NCBI GenBank assembly: GCA_000320545.1
Contig: ADNK01001125.1
Location: forward strand, 1 to 37,989
Direction: 5' to 3'
Source: Bigelowiella natans CCMP2755
Lineage: Eukaryota; Protista; Cercozoa
DNA: 37,989 nt
In this document: positions 12,333 through 26,155 of the stretch, piece by piece
How positions within the stretch are numbered: the first letter of the stretch is position 1
Layout of the letters: every line of letters starts with the position of its first letter
Notes under the pieces: model-generated
The model's database searches: none
Told to the model about the DNA's origin: nothing
The model's input: only the letters and a program-made list of their open reading frames with translations
Position numbers and translations under genes: made by a program

Positions 12333-13494
12333 TTAGCCCGCTGGGTTTGACTAAGACGAGAAGCCAACAAGGAAGCGCGTACACACACACACACACACAC
12401 GCACACACACAACGCAACAAATAGAATATGTGATTTTCGTCCATCAGAGCTATTCATACCACTTCTACTTTTGCATTCGGTCTCGAAACCGCTCAATAAT
12501 ATAAAATCGACGATTTTCTCTCTGCTCCCTCTCTAGAGTTAGTTGCGCACACCTGAGCTCCTCTTCTTCCCCCCAGACGAGATTCGCGGTCGCGACGTTG
12601 ACGATTTCGTTCCTAGTGCAGGATGAATGGGGGTGTATATGAGACGGGGCAGCAGTGCTGATCGTGTTCTTTTGTTTAATTCGAATTATTTGAAAAGAAG
12701 GACTATGGGAAACCAATACAGAAATGGATGATATTCCCCTCCCGTTTTGGCTCTTTCTGTCTCTCTGCATGTGAGCATGTCTTTGACCTCCTCTATTGAT
12801 TGTGGGGTTTCCGGTTCGGAGGGAGGCTAATGTCGACATTAGAGAACCCTGCAGCAGCAGTAATACCACACACAAACACACACACACACACACATATATG
12901 CTAAATATTTATGAACATTTATTGGCGGGGGGGGGTGACAAAAAGAATTGAAGGGGGGAGAGAGAGAGGGGGGGGGGCGGGGGAGGGAGGGGACACTTCT
13001 TTTTTATATCATATGTATATTGCGAGAGCAATCGACCATTCTTTGCCTGTCCTCATCATTCATTCGATCCATCTGTGTAGCACGCAAGCATCACCAAGAC
13101 GGTTCCACCGAATCAAGTAAAAACACGTAATCAAAGAGGAAGAGCCATCACACAGAAAAGAGAGCTACGGCCATGTCTATCTCCAGCACCTTCCACTGTT
13201 TGCGCGGCGCCGATTCTTGGAGCGAAGACTTACTGTGCTGGGACTTACTGTGCTGGGACTTACTGTGCATGCCTGACAACACGAAGTGACAGCAAACGGC
13301 GTAATGGATTATAGTCTTCTTCTTCGTCGCTCGAATACCAAACAACCTTTCTCAACTCTGGGAATCGTTGTTGGGAATTTCTTTGATGCTCGTCGGCGCT
13401 TTGACAGGCTATGGATTGATTATCGTTAGATATTTTGTGGAATGGTGTGTCTGCGCGCATTTGTGTACTAAGCGAACAATCACGAGAGAGTGCG

Positions 13495-13537
<43 letters not shown>

Positions 13538-14713
13538 CACGTGGAAATTGAGAGAGAGGGAGAGAGAGGGATATTTCCGGAAATACAAACAATGAAAACA
13601 GCAGTGCTTTTATCCTATCGGTGTGTTTTCAATGTCGCATGGAAAAGACGCCATGAAACATCATGCTTTCATTTTAGTACCTCGCTCCGTATCGCCCTCG
13701 CGATGTCAGTTGCCGAACGCGCATGCTGTTATCGGCGTCACTGCAGGCAAACGATTAGAGAAAGGGGGAGAGAGTAAGAGAAAGAGAGAGAGAGGGCGAG
13801 AGAGAGAGAAAAACAGAGAATAAAAAAGGATCAATTGGGGGTGGCCTTCTCCTTCCTCTTAGATTTATTCCAAATGCTGCTATTGCGACCTGTCATCATC
13901 TTCATCACTTTCGGCTCCAGTTCCACCTATTAGGGGGGGAGGGGGAGGAGGAGGAGGAGGAGGAGGAGGAGGAGGAGGAGGAGGATCGTACGAATGCAAG
14001 ACCGTTCAAGTATATCTGTAACATTTTCACACCAAATTGAATAAGATCACAACTCCCCAAACTACAAAAAAAACAGGGGATTCCCAAAGGGAGCGATAAG
14101 CGGCTTATTTCAATCTTTCCTCCCCGCGGTGTTGTTGGAGTCATCATTACTTTGGTCCGCAGAATATGCCGAGGGATCCCTGATGTGGTTTGCGTCGCAC
14201 GCGAAGTCAAAGTACACGATTAGCATCGAGGTGATTCAAGAGATCAAGTATGTTGGTACTGCTAGTGCAAAAAGTTTGACTCCCAGGAGGGGCATTTCCG
14301 AGTGAAAAGAAACCGCAGGCCGACGACAACGATCAGAGGAAGAAGAAAAAGTAGCAGTCTCTTACCATGTGTCCGGTGCGTACGGGAGGGAAGTGGGCAG
14401 AAGGCTCGGCGGCTCCGAGTATCTAGAGAAGCGAGCCTGCATTTTGAGGTGATGATATTTTCGTGATAAGAACGACAGCCGACAGATATCGCGTAGGATA
14501 TAATGATGCCCTTTCTTCAGTTGAAAAGAGATGTGGTTCGGGCTTGGGTGTGTCCAGTATGTAGGGTCAAAAGGGCTATGTTATCTGTCATCTGTCCTCG
14601 CCTTCTTGCGCAATGCTACTACCACTACTACCAATAACATTATTCCTACTACTACTACTAGTAGTTATTACTACCACAACGGCTTCCGTTTGCTCTTTTG
14701 GGGAATGGAGGCT

Positions 14714-14755
<42 letters not shown>

Positions 14756-15116
14756 GCAGCATTAAGGAAAAAGGCAGATGGGAAACAGTTGTGAAATCAA
14801 CCACGACAACAGCAATTAACAAGAATGACTCGCAATTCACCCACCGATTAGATTCTGCTGCAGGCTCTATCGTATCGCCTTGCTGTCTTTTCTCTGGGCA
14901 TGCACAAGGGGTATGAACAATTAACACCATCAAGCTTTCATGGTATGTTTGGAAGAACAGGTGTCCCCCATTTTTCCTTCCCTCCTCCTCCTCCTCCTCC
15001 TCCTCCTTGCGGAGATATCACGCTATAGGCTATCGACGTGATCTGTCGTCATTCATATACTATAAGCTCTTACTGGTTTGCGAAGACGACGATCCTGGCA
15101 CGTCCCGGTCGTTCTG

Positions 15117-15153
<37 letters not shown>

Positions 15154-17565
15154 TGTGTGTGGGCGTTTGTGTGCGCGTGTGAAATTTCGGGATATGCGTG
15201 CGTATTAATACAAGCGATCTGCGTAAACAATCATTTCGCGCACATGCACGCGCATGACTCACAAGATGCTTTTTGATCGCGCCCAGCAGCTCGACGAGCT
15301 TGGCATCGTTCTCTGTTTCGATCAGGGGGGTATGGCTTCTTGCGACGCAGCCCCCAGTAACCTAGCCGCCGTTGCCAAACAGGAGGGAGAAGAATGAAGA
15401 ATAGGAAATGATATATATAGAGCACCATCAAAGTAAAAGCGAAAAGCGGGCCTTTCTTTTGCTGTTCGGTGCGCTCGATATGGTAAATCTACCTCGCTGA
15501 AGGCAAAACGCGGAACTTTTTTCCCACAACAGCCATACCTGTGGAAGATGGTTTTGGTGTGCAAAGGAGAAGCAGCGTGGCTGTATATGCTTCTCTTGAG
15601 TGCTGGCGTGCGTGCGAGTTGTGTATGTAGGGAAAGCATTTGTTCGCATCATTTTGTGCTCCGCCACGGCCTTACTTTCCTATTAAGCCGGAGTCGAATT
15701 TAGGTTCTTCTGGATGGTACACGCCTGAAAATGCACAGATATACATATAAACTTACATATGCACATAATCTTCCATAACAGCTGCGGGTCTTCTTCTCCT
15801 TCTTTTTCTTCTTCTTCTTCTTCCTCCTTATAGTGACAGTTATCATCGATCATTAGTCGTACATTTATCGTGATCGGTAAGAGAGTAGCGCTGTCCACAG
15901 CGGCGACACTTGAGCCTGTAGCATGGAACAAAGCAGCGCATCCCTTAACTCATCTCGTTAGATCCAAACAAAATACATAAGATCAATTGCAGCGAAAAAC
16001 ACGCCCATCCATACCGATGCAAATTTAGTCGCACACACTCTCTCTCACTCACACACACACACAGCCGCACACCCACATCAAGGCGAATCATGGTTGTCAG
16101 AGCAGGATAGAAGTAAGCAAAGCAGCAACAGCAGCCAAAACCAACGGTGGTGCTCTCTCCTTTGAGATGACCACTTCGCAAGGTTATCGCGTCGTATATT
16201 CTGGCAGTGCGACTATCTTTGACAATACCCTCACCATACACACCACCTACGTCAGCTGACTCATTACGTGTTTAATCGGGCGAAAATCTTCCAGTAAATC
16301 GATCTGAGAAAGACAGAGAGGGGGGGGGGGGAAGAGGGGAATAAGGGTGCTGATCGCTCAGCAAATACAATCGAAACATATCCTTTTGCCCTGCAACTGC
16401 CGCTATTACTGAGCTACTTAGTTTGGGGAGAAAATGACCTCCACTTGTATTTTTGGTGAGCTCGAAGCTGGATGAGGTACTTCCGGACTGATTGATTAAG
16501 TGAAGGCGTGGTCATCCATCATTAATCCAAAAATATCAAGGGGGGGAAGAAGAGCCTCACGTATGTGACAACAAACACACACGCACACACACAATTGATG
16601 GAATAAGTTAGAGTGCAAGCGCTCCTACTACTACTACTACTACTATCACCGCCACTACAATATACGAGAAAGAATAAATAAAACAACTGATAGCCTACCA
16701 TCCCAGTTTGGAGACGGGCAGTGCCTCGATGTCGCCACACCATAAAAGTCAACGAAAAGATTCTCGGCTGATGGACACCTGGTTGTATTTTGCAGAGCGT
16801 AGCACATGTGAATTAACGTCATAATCAACATATAATACATGTGGATAAAACTAAAAATATATTCTGTGTTTTGGGGAGGGGGAGAGGAGGTGGGGCGTGG
16901 CGGATCACTGGTAAGAATCGACGTCGTCATATTAAAAAACGGTAGTATGCTACGCACACACTTAACACTATCACCACCATCACAACAAACACCCCACCTC
17001 ATCTCCCTCTGCTGGGTGGGTGTGAAGAGCATTTTGCAGTTTTTGCATTGGTACAGTTGATTCCTACGAAGGGGAGGGAGAAGAGAGAAGGAGCAGGCAG
17101 ATTGGAGAACCAACAAACAAGAAAAGGACAAGAATAGGACAAGTTTCGAAGCTAGGTGAATGCGTAAGATGTGTTGCTGTTCATTCTGCAAGTGGTGGTT
17201 CTCTTCTCCTGGTTCTCCTTCGGTTTTGGATCACCGAAGTTGCTAAGTTTATGTGCTACTAGACCGAGGTTTGTGGAGAAGATTCTCGAGCTTCCTCATG
17301 AACAGCTTACTTGACAATTTGTCCTATATCGTGTAGCACACGCAAATACACGCACACACGCGCCCACACAGAAACGACTATCATCATCACTATCAGCTAC
17401 ATAGACATTTTATGATAATAATAATATCATTATTCTCAGAATGTTGGGACCGACTTGTCTTCATCAGTGTCAGTCGAAAGATGGTGTTTTGACTCCAATC
17501 ATCATCGAGTAATGATCATAACGAATCAACTTGATTAAACGTTATGGAATGAGTGCGTGCGTGGA

Positions 17566-17605
<40 letters not shown>

Positions 17606-18368
17606 AACAAGTAGCAAGACAGACATCGATAACATATGCTGCACACTACTTTTGAGTCCTTGATCGCCTCCAACTCTTCCACTGCGAAGCAATCGGCGAG
17701 CTACACGATATATCATAGCACAAACGTATCTTGAATAATACTCAAAACTCAAACAATTCATGCCCTGGGTGGGGGGTTTGTCATTTTCTCTCGCAGGCAA
17801 ACAATTCAGCACGCCAAAAGTGCTTTTTTAGAACAGGAAAAAGCGCAGATGCCCTGGCAAAAGATATTCGGCTGTTTCACTGCTGCAAAGAAGAATCCAA
17901 ATGAATTCTGAACGGGCGTGACCATTATCATCAGCTTGGAACTGAGACAAGAAAGGTCCACGGGAGATCTGCAAACATACGATGTGAATTGGTATGCCTC
18001 TGTGCGAAAGGTATATTCATCCTCTCTGCACTCACCACCACCGCACCCGAACAACTTCTCGCTGCAAGCTTGTGGTATAAACGCCAAAAAGTATCGCTCT
18101 ACTCATTGCACTAGAATCATCTCATATTCCAAGATTTACTTAAGGATTTGAGAGACATTGCTCCTGATGAACTTCAAGCACGCAGCGACAAGAGCTATGG
18201 CCAAGTAGTAGTAGTAGAAGAAGAAGAAGCAGAAGAAAAAGAAGAAGAAGGAGAAGAAGAAGAAGGAGAAGAAGGAGAAGAAAAAGAAGAAGAAGGAGAA
18301 GAAGAAGGCGTTGAATTTTTAGATAGACCAGTGTGTGGATAACATTTTAATTTTGACTCGTTCTCATT

Positions 18369-18402
<34 letters not shown>

Positions 18403-18521
18403 ATCATGCCATTACTGTCCATCTGTAGAAAGTCCGAGGAGATAAGAATCGAAATCACGTTTCGCATGTCCAGACTTGGAGCCTGAGCATTGAGAACGAA
18501 TGCATTGAAACACACACGCAC

Positions 18522-18591
<70 letters not shown>

Positions 18592-18745
18592 TACATATTA
18601 TATACAATTTTAGCATGTCTCGCAGACTGCAGATGTAAGATAACACCCTCTTACATTATCCCCCGTACATAGTTTCTATTTTACCTTTTCTGGAGTGTTG
18701 ATGTAATTCATCAGCCATTGGAATATATGTACGTCGCAGTGGACC

Positions 18746-18786
<41 letters not shown>

Positions 18787-19280
18787 GGGGGACGGTTCCG
18801 ACAAAATATTTTGAATCGATGGGAGAGAATGGAAGCTCTATAAATACATATATTTCAAACTCAAAAACACGTAGTATACGAGTGTTTCCAGCCACAAGAC
18901 GACCAGCACTGTCGCTACATTCTCTGAGCAACCAGCGGGTCTAATTCATGCAGACAGGCCGTGTCATCTCACCGAGATATCGATATCTTCGAATGACGCA
19001 GACTCGGAAAGATAAGATCTGTGGTACGAATCATATCATCAACATGGCCATACTCCGTTATTACAATCGACGGCATTTCTCCAACATAATCGGAAGCAGC
19101 AGCAGCACATGGGTGTACAGCTCATGATGTTGCTTGTGTTTTTAGTACCGAAAGTACTTCATCCCTCTAGTCAAGACCCTCCGCTTGCAATGGAAGTCCC
19201 TGTTCACGCCTCTGAGAAGAAGAGAAAGGAAAAAGCGATTGAGAAGGACTGAAAGGGAGAGGGAGAATGGGAACGAGGGG

Positions 19281-19329
<49 letters not shown>

Positions 19330-20237
19330 TGCAAGAAAGCAGATACGGAATACTACAAAATGCTGAGACTGACATTCATGGAATCGTCATGAACATCTTA
19401 CGCCTACCACCACCACCACCACCACGCAGAAATAAAGAATGCTATGTCTATAACAAACGCACCTCGCCTCGTCACATACATGGATCACAATGATGTCGTC
19501 CTTCTTATCCTCAGTACCCTGCTAGTGAGGAATGGAACGAAGAGGGGTGGTGAAGAATGAAACGAAGAATATAGTATCAGAAGACAATACAATGCGATAT
19601 TCTTACCGTAATGTTTATCATCGCCATCATCATCATTGTCACCATCATCATCATCATCATCATCATCGTTATCATCATCATCATCAAGTACAAGCGTAGC
19701 TGTCAAGATAAGTGATCGATCGCAGAGCTGCATTAGCAAGTAGCAACACCGTATCTCTGAATCCCCTCGCAGACCCCCCGCTCGTGGCAGGGCGACTCCG
19801 CGCGCTCATTCCTAGCGTTATGCACGCAGTTGTTAACCGGGAACTTTTTGGATCGCGAAAATTTTGAATCGAAAATGACAGAGACGCTCACACTATCTAC
19901 CACACAGACGAATTACCGTGTTTTATGGCGGCGTTATGGCTATCAAGAAGGTGTCGTATCCGAGACCTTGATCGCCCTTTTCATTCATATTTCAAATATT
20001 CAATACATGAAAATTTTGCACTCCCACCCCTTTCACGCTGGCTTATCTTCTCTTCTCTTGATTTTCTCACTTAAAATTACTTACCGCTCGTGCTGTTTCT
20101 TGAGGAAGTGCTGCTGGTCGTTCCGTCTATGCTGCCTAAAAAGTCACAAGTATCTTACGGTCAATTTTTCAGAAACATTACTAAAAATGAGGTTTTGGAA
20201 TATGTATATACATATACATATGAGCGCGTGCGCACAC

Positions 20238-20283
<46 letters not shown>

Positions 20284-20430
20284 CATTTACGTGTCTGTTT
20301 GTATTGAACCTGCGAGTCCCTTTGCATTTGTGGCGCGCTTGAGGGGCTGATTGATGGCCAAAGCCATATTTTCCAACCCTTTATAGCCCTGAATCTCCTC
20401 CCAACGAGATCGACACGCCTGCATGCACAT

Positions 20431-20500
<70 letters not shown>

Positions 20501-20736
20501 CCGCGTTGCAAATATGAACACAGAACATATATGAACATTTATGATTCTCTCCTCCCTCATCAGCCTCCCCCAGCCTCCCCCACCCTCTCACAGACCTTGC
20601 CACTGATCCCAGGAAGAGCGCGCGCAATCGCGTCCCATCGGATTCGCTTTGATGCGGACGATGTAACGGCGTTGCGGAGGACTTCATCCATCTCAGTAGT
20701 GAAGAAAGGGTTATCATCAAGGCGCGATCGGTTCAT
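12333..20736 (-). CDS. SANBR: SANT and BTB domain regulator-like protein (KIAA1841/SANBR, DUF3342), about 25-30 small exons
   Basis: Spliced motifs: FTTEMDEVLRNAV..IRWDAIARALPGISGK|ACRSRWEEI (SANT/Myb); IIVIHVCDEAR|GVNRDFHCKRRVLTRGMKYFR; EDIDIS|VHCDVHIFQWLMNYI; LDMRNVISILISSDFLQMD; LEAIKDSK|DKLSSKLFMRKLE; LYQCKNCKMLF; VDFYGVATSRHCPSPNWD; WRSIYWKIFAR; CRRCGQRY..CVYHP; GKYGCCGKKVPRF..TGGCVARSH; MDRMNDEDRQRM. The 3' end is approximate. Confidence 0.9.
13227..13268 (-). repeat. 15-bp coding tandem repeat x2.8 (HSKSQ)
   Basis: Minus strand GCACAGTAAGTCCCA GCACAGTAAGTCCCA GCACAGTAAGTC inside a SANBR exon. Confidence 0.85.
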
Positions 20737-21438
20737 ATTTGTGAGTAGTCAAGTTATGTAAGCCCCAGCTGCTATCTTCTACGGAGATACGATCTCCTTG
20801 CTTTGGGACCGAGCCTTCGACTGTTCTTCCTATACTCTCAAAAGCGCAGAAGCCACACGAGGGCGATGGAAACGCTATTCGCCCGTCCTCATGCCAGACA
20901 CTGCTGTTTCAGGCTGGGAATAATGGCAGTAAAAAGCAAGATTATCTAGGTAGTTTTCCGCATGATTCCCTGCCGAAATATTGTATCCATCGGCAGCATA
21001 TCGCTGTAGTCATGTCGGTTATGTTTCTTCCAAGCAATCACATTACAGCCGTTAATTCCCCAAGCATTTTCCCAGAAGAGAGCCAGAATAAAGGAATAAC
21101 GGGGATGGTGCGCAGGTAGTTTTATCCGTGCGTCAGGGCTTGCCAGAAGAAAAGAAGAGAAAACCCAAAGTCATAGTTAATCATGAGTAAATGGCCGGTC
21201 AGTGAAACTTGCGACATGGATTTTTCACTGAGAATTCTCACCGTTGCCGTTACATTCTTGGTAACGTCTCGTGCTCGCAGGCTACCCTTTCCATGAATGA
21301 TGATGGCTTTGTGTTGTAAGTGGAAATCCATCTCGACTCGAATCGACGCTCAAGTAGCTCGTGCATAAAAGCCGAATCTGGTTCACGTAACTCCGCGACT
21401 TCTCAAGTGGTTGCTCGTTTGAGTACAGCAGCTAGGCG

Positions 21439-23287
21439 ATGAACACATTCACCGCTGGACTTCGAGGGTCGCAGCAGAAGAAGAACTCCGAGCTAGATAC
21501 GGATGAAAGGAATTTGAAGCGTGTTTATCAGGTGCGAAAATCTTGCGATAAATATGCTATGGAGAGAAGCAGGAATGATTCTGTTTACTCACGGATGCAT
21601 ACGCGTGCCTGCGTCGTGCCATCCATGGCCATAATTATACACATCAGGTGAATGTCGATGAAGGACTCGCCTTCGGCGAAAAGCTTATCGCGCTTGGGGA
21701 CAACCTTGAGGAACTGAATTCAAGTATCAACAACAGAATAAATTGTGAAAAGAGCACAGAAATTTGGATATGTGAAATAGCTAGTCCACACTATCGCTTC
21801 GACTCTCTTGTCTTTCAAAGGATACACCACAATTTTTGTGTTGAGTTGCTGAGCTGGTGAACATCCTAGGTATTGATGATGTCCTCATCAAAGACGACAG
21901 CAGCACGCCGAACAGCAGCACGCCGAGCACGAACACCGAGCGAAAACATAGGAGAAAGAGAGTTTCTTACAAGGAACAGGGGAACAAAGAGTACGAACAG
22001 AAAAATACACATCTTAAAATATATCATTATCATCGAAAGCTAATTAAAAGCACGATTCGTCTTGAAAATATGAGTCGCTTATCTAGTCATCTTTTTATGC
22101 TAAATAATGTATGGCTTGGGATGCATTGGGAAAATTTGTGCCAAAATGTGCGTTGATTTCTGTCGTGAAACGATTTATCTTTGCCGTCCTCATTTTGTTC
22201 GGTCTCTTCATCATAAGATATTACACCGAGAAGTCTCTGTCTCTGCGGCGGGAGCTATACAGAAGCAAATTGATAGAAGGCCAGGTCTGCATAATGAAAC
22301 TTACTCATCGATTTTATTCCCGCTCTCCATCCCTCAATTCTCTCGAGTATCTAATGATAAGAGGTCCCGAAAGCTTTACAAGCATCATGATTAGTATTGA
22401 TAATTAGTATTCCCCCACCAACATCACAGTTTTCATTTTTCTCTGCAGATATTTCGCTTCTGGAAAACGTACCGCAAAACAAAGGAGGGGGTCGTGGATA
22501 AGAAGTCGTACATGCACGCACATAAGCTCATCTCAAAGGTAATAAGTTACTCGGTTATCTCAAGCTGCTATTACTCTGTATGCATGTGTAGTAAAATGAC
22601 AGTTACTTCAAGATATTACATAGAGATCGTACGTTCGTTCACATGTTACAGGCTCTCGACCCGAGTTGGGTGTGCCACCAGGCGATTGTTACCGCGATTA
22701 AAGACTGGCAGCATGACTTAACGCGTGAATTCGACGAGATCGTCTGCGTGCCACTCTACCTTCTCGAGAGGGAAGGTGGCGAAGCAGGTAGTAAAGTGAA
22801 ATCACCACGGCGCGGCCGCCCCCTAGACTCTAGAGATGGGCAGAAAAGTGGGAGGAGGGGACGATCAAAGAGTCAGAACCGCGACGAAAGAAGCTTTGAA
22901 CGAAGCCGAAGTCCTGGAGCGACAGGTAGTAGCTCTGCTTTTGCAAAATCACCTCTATTACATCTCTGGGAAGCATTTTTGTTTTATCCATGGAAATGCA
23001 AATTATCGGTCCCCCTTTCCCTTTTCCTTCTTCTTCTCCTCGTTACAGCAAAGAGCCCTCGGAGTCGCTCACCTGCTGCGCGTAAGCAAGCAGGACGCAT
23101 CAGTCGGACCCGGACCACCTTTGCGACTAGGAAAGAGCAATACGATGTGCTCGATTATCGTAAACTGAAAATGTCCATCTTCGAGATCGCAGATACCTGG
23201 ACGGACGATATTGATGAACTAACGTAATGCAAGTAGCTTCACTCCATCTGCCACATAGTATACCATGACTTGGATGGGGTATGTGTA

Positions 23288-23329
<42 letters not shown>

Positions 23330-26120
23330 AGAGAGGGATGTTTTGCTTCCATCGCTCCTCGCGTCTAGTTATTTGTCGTCATCTTTTCTTTCTCCTTTTT
23401 ATCCCCTCTCCCCCCTCCTCTCCGTAATTCTTTTATCCTCTCACCACAAAGATACGCGGCCTTTCTCGCTCGGCTTCTCACGGCTATCTCGGAGCCGAAA
23501 AGTCACTGCTGGAAGCCTTTGGATAGCGTGAAGGCAGTTCACACCAAGGAGTTCCTTCGTCGTACAAGTCCAGAGGAACTTAGCAATTTGCACCTTCAGG
23601 CGCTGTCATATAAGGAGGCTCTAGCTCTTTCCAAGTCTTCGAAGCAACAATACCTCGAGGTCACGCGCGAGACGTGGGAGGGGAAAAGTGGCTACATCGC
23701 CACACATGTCATACCGATATTCAAGCGGCTCTACCACACTTTTGAGAAGGGAACGACAGCGACTTCTCCGGGGTCAATCAACGGCAACAAACTGAAGCTA
23801 ATCCATGGTATTACCAAGGGCGATAGAAAGCACCTCAATGACGTTATCCTTCCTGAATCTGGTGCAACGATGCTCCACCTCGCGTGCCAAATGGGTTATC
23901 TCGATGTTATAAACGCCCTATGTTTTCGCGGGGCAAACATAGACGCGCGCAACAGCGAGGGGGAGACCCCACTTTTCGTCTCTGTGCAGGCGCTCTGCCA
24001 AGAGTAAGTGGGAGAGGGGATGAAAAGGATAAGGATATCTTTTGTGAGATGGAGGAGGGAATAGATATCGAAAGAATGACTGTAAACTGGGGCAAAAAAT
24101 ATCGTAAAGACTGAAAAGAGCGGGAGTAGCACAAAGCCAACCATATTATGGGGTTCTGACCATAATTGTTATTGTTATTGTTATTTTTATTATTATTGTT
24201 CTCCTCCTCATCATCATTACTATCAGCTACATGCAAAATGACGGCTCAATCAGTGCTAAATTTCCGCGGCATGCCCCTGGCGAAGAGCCTCTCGTCGAAA
24301 TCATCGCTACCCTGGTCGACTTCGGGGCAAAGTCCAGCATACCGGACATCCACTGGGTATCTCCGATTAATTTAGTCCGAAATTTGAAGCAGAGAATGCA
24401 GCAGTCGGAGTCAACAGCGAGCCCGCTGAATCTACAGGTTTTGGAAAGTCTAGAGCTCCTCCTTGAGAACGCCGACGATGACAATGTACCGCACGGAGAC
24501 GGAGAGACGCATCAGACTATTTCCAGGGGAAAATCCAATGACGTAGAACTCGGTGAACAACGCAACCCTCGTCACCATCGTCATGCTAGAATTATCAACG
24601 AGATTAAGAGCGGCGGTGAAAACATCCGCGGCAAGCTCCGTCGCGCTTACGTCATTAACTCGCTCGGGCATGCCGCACCAGAGAATGACGGCGAGCAGCA
24701 AGTGCTACAGCGCGCGAAGATGCTATTCACAATTCAGAAGGGACACAAGGAGCACCGCAAGTCGCTGCGTCGAGCATCTCTCGTCGGCGGAATCGATTTA
24801 AAGAAAGAACATATCCACCCTTCGCTCCAACGATCACGCGTCCTCTACCAACTCAAAAAAGGCGAACCAATCAAGAAACTGCGCCGAACTTCCCGAGTGC
24901 TTCAAGGGGTGGAGGACATGAAATCAGCCACAGCTGTAGGCAAGCGAGGAAAAGGAGAAGGAGTTGGGGGAGGAGAAGGACGAGGAAGCGAGACACTGCA
25001 AAGAGCAAAGCTGTTATATGCAATCAAGCACTCAACGAACGAACGTTCCCGTTCGCCTCTTATCACCAGGGCCGCATCAAGCTTTGACTCGGACAGGGAG
25101 CGAGTGAACGATTCTCTCGAAAGAGCTAAGATGCTCTACGAAATTCAGAGTCGGAAGGATATGACGCACGCACTTCGCCGGGTGCCCACTGCTGAACATG
25201 GTGCCAGCAATATCGACGCTAAGACTCGCCTGCTTCAGGCAATCCGTGCTCGGAAGAGAATACAGCAGCAGCAGGAGGAGGAGGAGGAGAGTAAAGGATT
25301 AGTACCTTATGATGAGGAACCGGTGAGAGCGCATACGCCCGTCGACAAAAATGCTCGCAATAGTCATGGCCGCAGCACTGTCCCATCACTCCCAACGTTA
25401 CCGGCTCTGCCGATATCATCCGCATCACTATCTGTACGATCAGGGAGAAAATTGCCTTTAGTCTCCAGGTCGACGCATGTAAGATAATAAATAAGTTGTA
25501 GTAGTGGGTTACGAGCGTGGTATTTCTCCACGTCCCTTTCCATGCGACGAGCCATATTGCACATATTCTTCAACGTCTAATTTCGTTGTCACCCTCTTAT
25601 CTTAGCACAAGTATTAAATCTTGCAGATTCCGACATAGAATTCTTCCCCATTCATTCCTTACCCCTAGGTTGTCTACTTCCGATGGTCCGCGGACACCAC
25701 GAGAGGGAGGAGGTAGGTCCCATCGCAGCCCACGGTCTGAAAGAGTTTTGGCGCCAGGGAACCGTACTACCTCATCCCCCGTATCATCTCCCCTTCAGCA
25801 CGGGCAGCGGGAGGAGACAAAGGGCTCGGGAGTTATTAAATCGACGATCACTCGTAATGCAAAGACCGCTCGTGTCATCAGTATCAGTACACATCAAGAC
25901 GAGGAGACGCTCCACGTGAGACCTCGTACTGCCCAATCCTCGTTGCACATTTCAAGCAAGCAGTACGTGAAAAGTAACAAGAGGGACCATGGCTCTAGCG
26001 TCCGAAGATACGTCGATCCTCCGGGTAAGTGCCTTCCAAAGTTAATGAGCGTGTTTAGGGATCAAAATACAGAGCAATCCGTTATATGATTTTTATACGA
26101 ACTATGAACTGAAAAGAGAC

Positions 26121-26155
<35 letters not shown>

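Noticed and set aside
13990-14062. CDLIQFG resembling the end of an FHA domain
   Set aside because: No GR, SxxH or NGT FHA motifs are present, and the segment lies within the SANBR gene.
18192-18342. Glu-rich plus-strand ORF
   Set aside because: It is a (GAA/GGA)n microsatellite within a SANBR intron on the opposite strand.
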